A stretch of 64,000 bases of DNA from assembly GCA_964642155.1 (NCBI GenBank), contig CAZXNT010000003.1, positions 899-64,898 on the forward strand, written 5' to 3'. Under the pieces are notes generated by a model, which saw only the letters and a program-made list of their open reading frames with translations, was not told the DNA's origin and searched no databases. The translations under genes and the position numbers were made by a program. This DNA comes from an uncultured Candidatus Saccharibacteria bacterium. Its GTDB lineage: Bacteria; Patescibacteriota; Minisyncoccia; UBA6257; UBA9933. Each line of letters starts with the position of its first letter. Within the stretch, counting starts at the first letter, position 1. Positions 61,816-64,000 of the stretch are shown piece by piece.

Positions 61816-62675
61816 GTATCCTTTCTAGTTCGATTTATCTTTTGCAGTTGAGATTGTTCCACAAGCAATCTTTTGTAAGAACCATATATTTTTATTTTTG
61901 ATTTTTTAGTGGCATGACTAAAAAAAGTTTCAAATATGCTAACCCAGTCAATAAATAATATTTTCTTGATTTCTTTATCTTCAGGAATATGTATGTTACT
62001 CAAAATAATTTTGACCTGCAGATTGCTCATTACGCTTTTTAGAGCTTCTTTAATACAAGGCTTTTGTCGCTCAAAAATATAAACCAAAAAATCTTTAAAC
62101 TGCTCTGATTTTTGTTTATCAAAAACAGGGCTCTCTCTTTTTTTAATAGATATGAAAGCCGTATCAAATTTTGGCCTAGGACTATAGTTTGACTTATCAA
62201 TATCCATGAGTAATTTTATCTCAAAATTGATATTTAAAATATGTGATAGGAGAGGAGAATGTGCGTGCGGCGCGCCTATAAATTTAACAGCGGCATCTTT
62301 CTGTATAATGAGGTAGGCAGTATATAATTTTGACTGTTCATCTGTAATTTTTCTAACAATATTCGCTGTAATATTAAAGGGGATATTAGAAACGATAATA
62401 AATGGTTCGTTTGGTGTTGTGTATTTTAAAAAATCAGCTTGGATAAGCGAAAGATTAATTACATTCGCATATCTTTTTTGTAATTCAGAAAAGAGTTTCG
62501 GATCAGCCTCAATCGCAATAATATTCTTATTTTGTTTGATAAGAATATCAGTTATAATGCCTTTACCCGGGCCAATTTCGAGAATAGTTTTAGTCGATTC
62601 AAAGTCAACAAATCCAAGCAACTTGTGAACAAGTTGCTGATTATTGATATAATTTTGTGAATCAGATAATCCCAT
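61812..62675 (-). CDS. Erm-like rRNA adenine N6-methyltransferase
   Basis: SQNY, LEIGPGKG.IT, SNIPFNIT, P.PK.D; C-terminal L..Q..LQKI.RTR. Confidence 0.75.
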   Translation of the reverse strand: MGLSDSQNYINNQQLVHKLLGFVDFESTKTILEIGPGKGIITDILIKQNKNIIAIEADPKLFSELQKRYANVINLSLIQADFLKYTTPNEPFIIVSNIPFNITANIVRKITDEQSKLYTAYLIIQKDAAVKFIGAPHAHSPLLSHILNINFEIKLLMDIDKSNYSPRPKFDTAFISIKKRESPVFDKQKSEQFKDFLVYIFERQKPCIKEALKSVMSNLQVKIILSNIHIPEDKEIKKILFIDWVSIFETFFSHATKKSKIKIYGSYKRLLVEQSQLQKINRTRKDT

Positions 62676-62975
62676 AGTCTTTACAAGCTATTTTAACAAA
62701 AAATTTGGTTTAATGCCATTTTTTTAAGGGAGCAATCCCCGCCGTTTTATAATATCTCCTAAAAACGGCGGGGATTTGTACGCGCACTGGGTGGGCGGGG
62801 CAAGCACGATGTATTTGAGCCTCGGATATTTCCGCTCCCACACTGATTAAAAAAGTTATTGAAGCGGCAATTATGTTTTCGGGTGTTTATATTTTATTAA
62901 CCTAAATCTATTACTTCGACAAACTCAACGAAAACTGGCATAAATAAAAATTTAAACATATAATAAATTTATTCA

Positions 62976-63260
62976 ATGATTAAAATCATAGAAAACGACA
63001 TATTCAGGGGACGGGAAAAAATCGGTTATATCCGAGGCAATGATATTTGGGAAGTCGGCGGAAATAAAATCGGCTATTATATCGGCGACGACATTTATAA
63101 TTACAAAGGCGTGAAAATCGGCTACATTGAAAACAATTACATTAAATACGAAAACGGAAACAGGAAAATCAGCTTACAGGAAGCTAAAAATAACGTTATC
63201 GGCGGGACAATTCCCGACATCTGCCGCGCGGCGATAAAACTATTATTCGGGGATAATTGA
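62976..63260 (+). CDS. Hypothetical beta-repeat protein
   Basis: Repeated KIGY....I units. Confidence 0.7.
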   Translation: MIKIIENDIFRGREKIGYIRGNDIWEVGGNKIGYYIGDDIYNYKGVKIGYIENNYIKYENGNRKISLQEAKNNVIGGTIPDICRAAIKLLFGDN

Positions 63261-63276
63261 AATATTTAAAATAATA

Positions 63277-63310
63277 AAAAAACCGTCCCGCAATGCGGGA
63301 CGGTTTTTTT
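63277..63310. terminator. Bidirectional intrinsic terminator
   Basis: A-run CCGTCCCGCA-A-TGCGGGACGG T-run between convergent genes. Confidence 0.8.
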
Positions 63311-63672
63311 GTCGGTAAGTGATAGGCCGGATTTTGTGTCTAAACGATAATTTATCTGGGTCCTTGATTACTCGCGGACTCTAGTCCTTCGATAAACTCA
63401 GGACAATAGCGGCACTCCGAACACTCAAAACGTTGAATGTTCAGTTCGGCCTTGCGCTTAGTAAGGATTTAGCCGTTTCACTCCTGTTTTTTTGTCCCTA
63501 TACAGGATTAAGCCATTTAGCTTGGGATTAGGCTTCCCCTCGGCTTTCGCCTCGGGACGTCACTGCTCGCACCTCTCGCATTACTGCGGCTCCGCTGTTA
63601 GCGGGGTACTTCCATAAGCGTCCGGACCTTCCTCTCCGACTTTTACGTCAGAGCTATCGTTTCCTTACCGAT
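63311..63672 (-). ncRNA. rnpB: RNase P RNA
   Basis: P1 TCGGTAAG/CTTACCGA, GAGGAAGGTCCGGAC, GTGAAACGG, CCCAGATAAAT, ACAAAATCCGGCCTAT. Confidence 0.9.
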
Positions 63673-63702
63673 TTAATCATTATACTAATCTTTAACGGTT
63701 TG

Positions 63703-64000
63703 TCAAAATAACCCAACTTGGCTGTTCAATTCCCTATTCACCAACCAATCGGCTTTTTTATTTTCCTCGCGCGGGATATGGATAAAATTCACTTTCCCAA
63801 AATCCTGCTTTAAATTCCAAATCTCAATAAAAAACGGGATTAGGCTTTTTTCTTTGATTTTATATTTTCCGCTTAATTGATTAACAATCAATTCGCTGTC
63901 CATTTTTATTTCAATTTCCATTTTTTCCGCTTTTTTCCCGCCAATCAGATGTTTTATTTTTTTCAAAGTGAAAATCGCCGATTGGTATTCCGCTTCATTA
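63703..64000 (-). CDS. rnhA: Ribonuclease HI family, C-terminal part
   Basis: NEAEY, DSELIVNQL.G.YKIK, HIPRE.N..AD. Confidence 0.88.
   Translation of the reverse strand, partial: NEAEYQSAIFTLKKIKHLIGGKKAEKMEIEIKMDSELIVNQLSGKYKIKEKSLIPFFIEIWNLKQDFGKVNFIHIPREENKKADWLVNRELNSQVGLF

Noticed and set aside
62676-62860. erm leader-peptide attenuator
   Set aside because: No short SD-led leader ORF with alternative stems over the start codon could be identified

Overview
AT-rich bacterial chromosome segment, mostly minus-strand genes. Gene content and style (short Smc, IleRS with an inserted domain, K+-independent H+-PPase, type IV pilin, many in-frame palindromic insertions) point to a Patescibacteria/CPR (Parcubacteria-like) genome using code 11; the taxon is inferred. 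Housekeeping genes include rnj, secG, polX, clpP, hppA, nusA, trmD, rpsP, smc, rnc, nusB, rpmF, tmk, eno, ppsA, murI, ileS, rmuC and rnhA, plus tRNA-Leu(CAG), tRNA-Gln(CTG) and RNase P RNA. Main accessory signals: (1) a diversity-generating retroelement at 27.9-31.6 kb with a 136-bp TR/VR pair and 23 mismatches, all at TR adenines; its avd is antisense and overlaps the RT 5' end across a shared (CT)9C microsatellite, and both the RT and the neighbouring dut carry in-frame stops; (2) three ArsR-like wHTH genes, each bracketed by its own family of long palindromes, with an orphan palindrome inside trmD, possibly an undescribed cassette or operator system; (3) a putative nuclease gene facing a small structured RNA inside a 32-bp direct repeat; (4) an integron-like single cassette, a MITE at the nusA start codon and a dispersed covarying structured repeat; (5) a tRNA-Gln island with XRE, SLOG, methyltransferase, glycosyltransferase and Erm-like genes. 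All calls are from reading motifs by eye; no searches were run.
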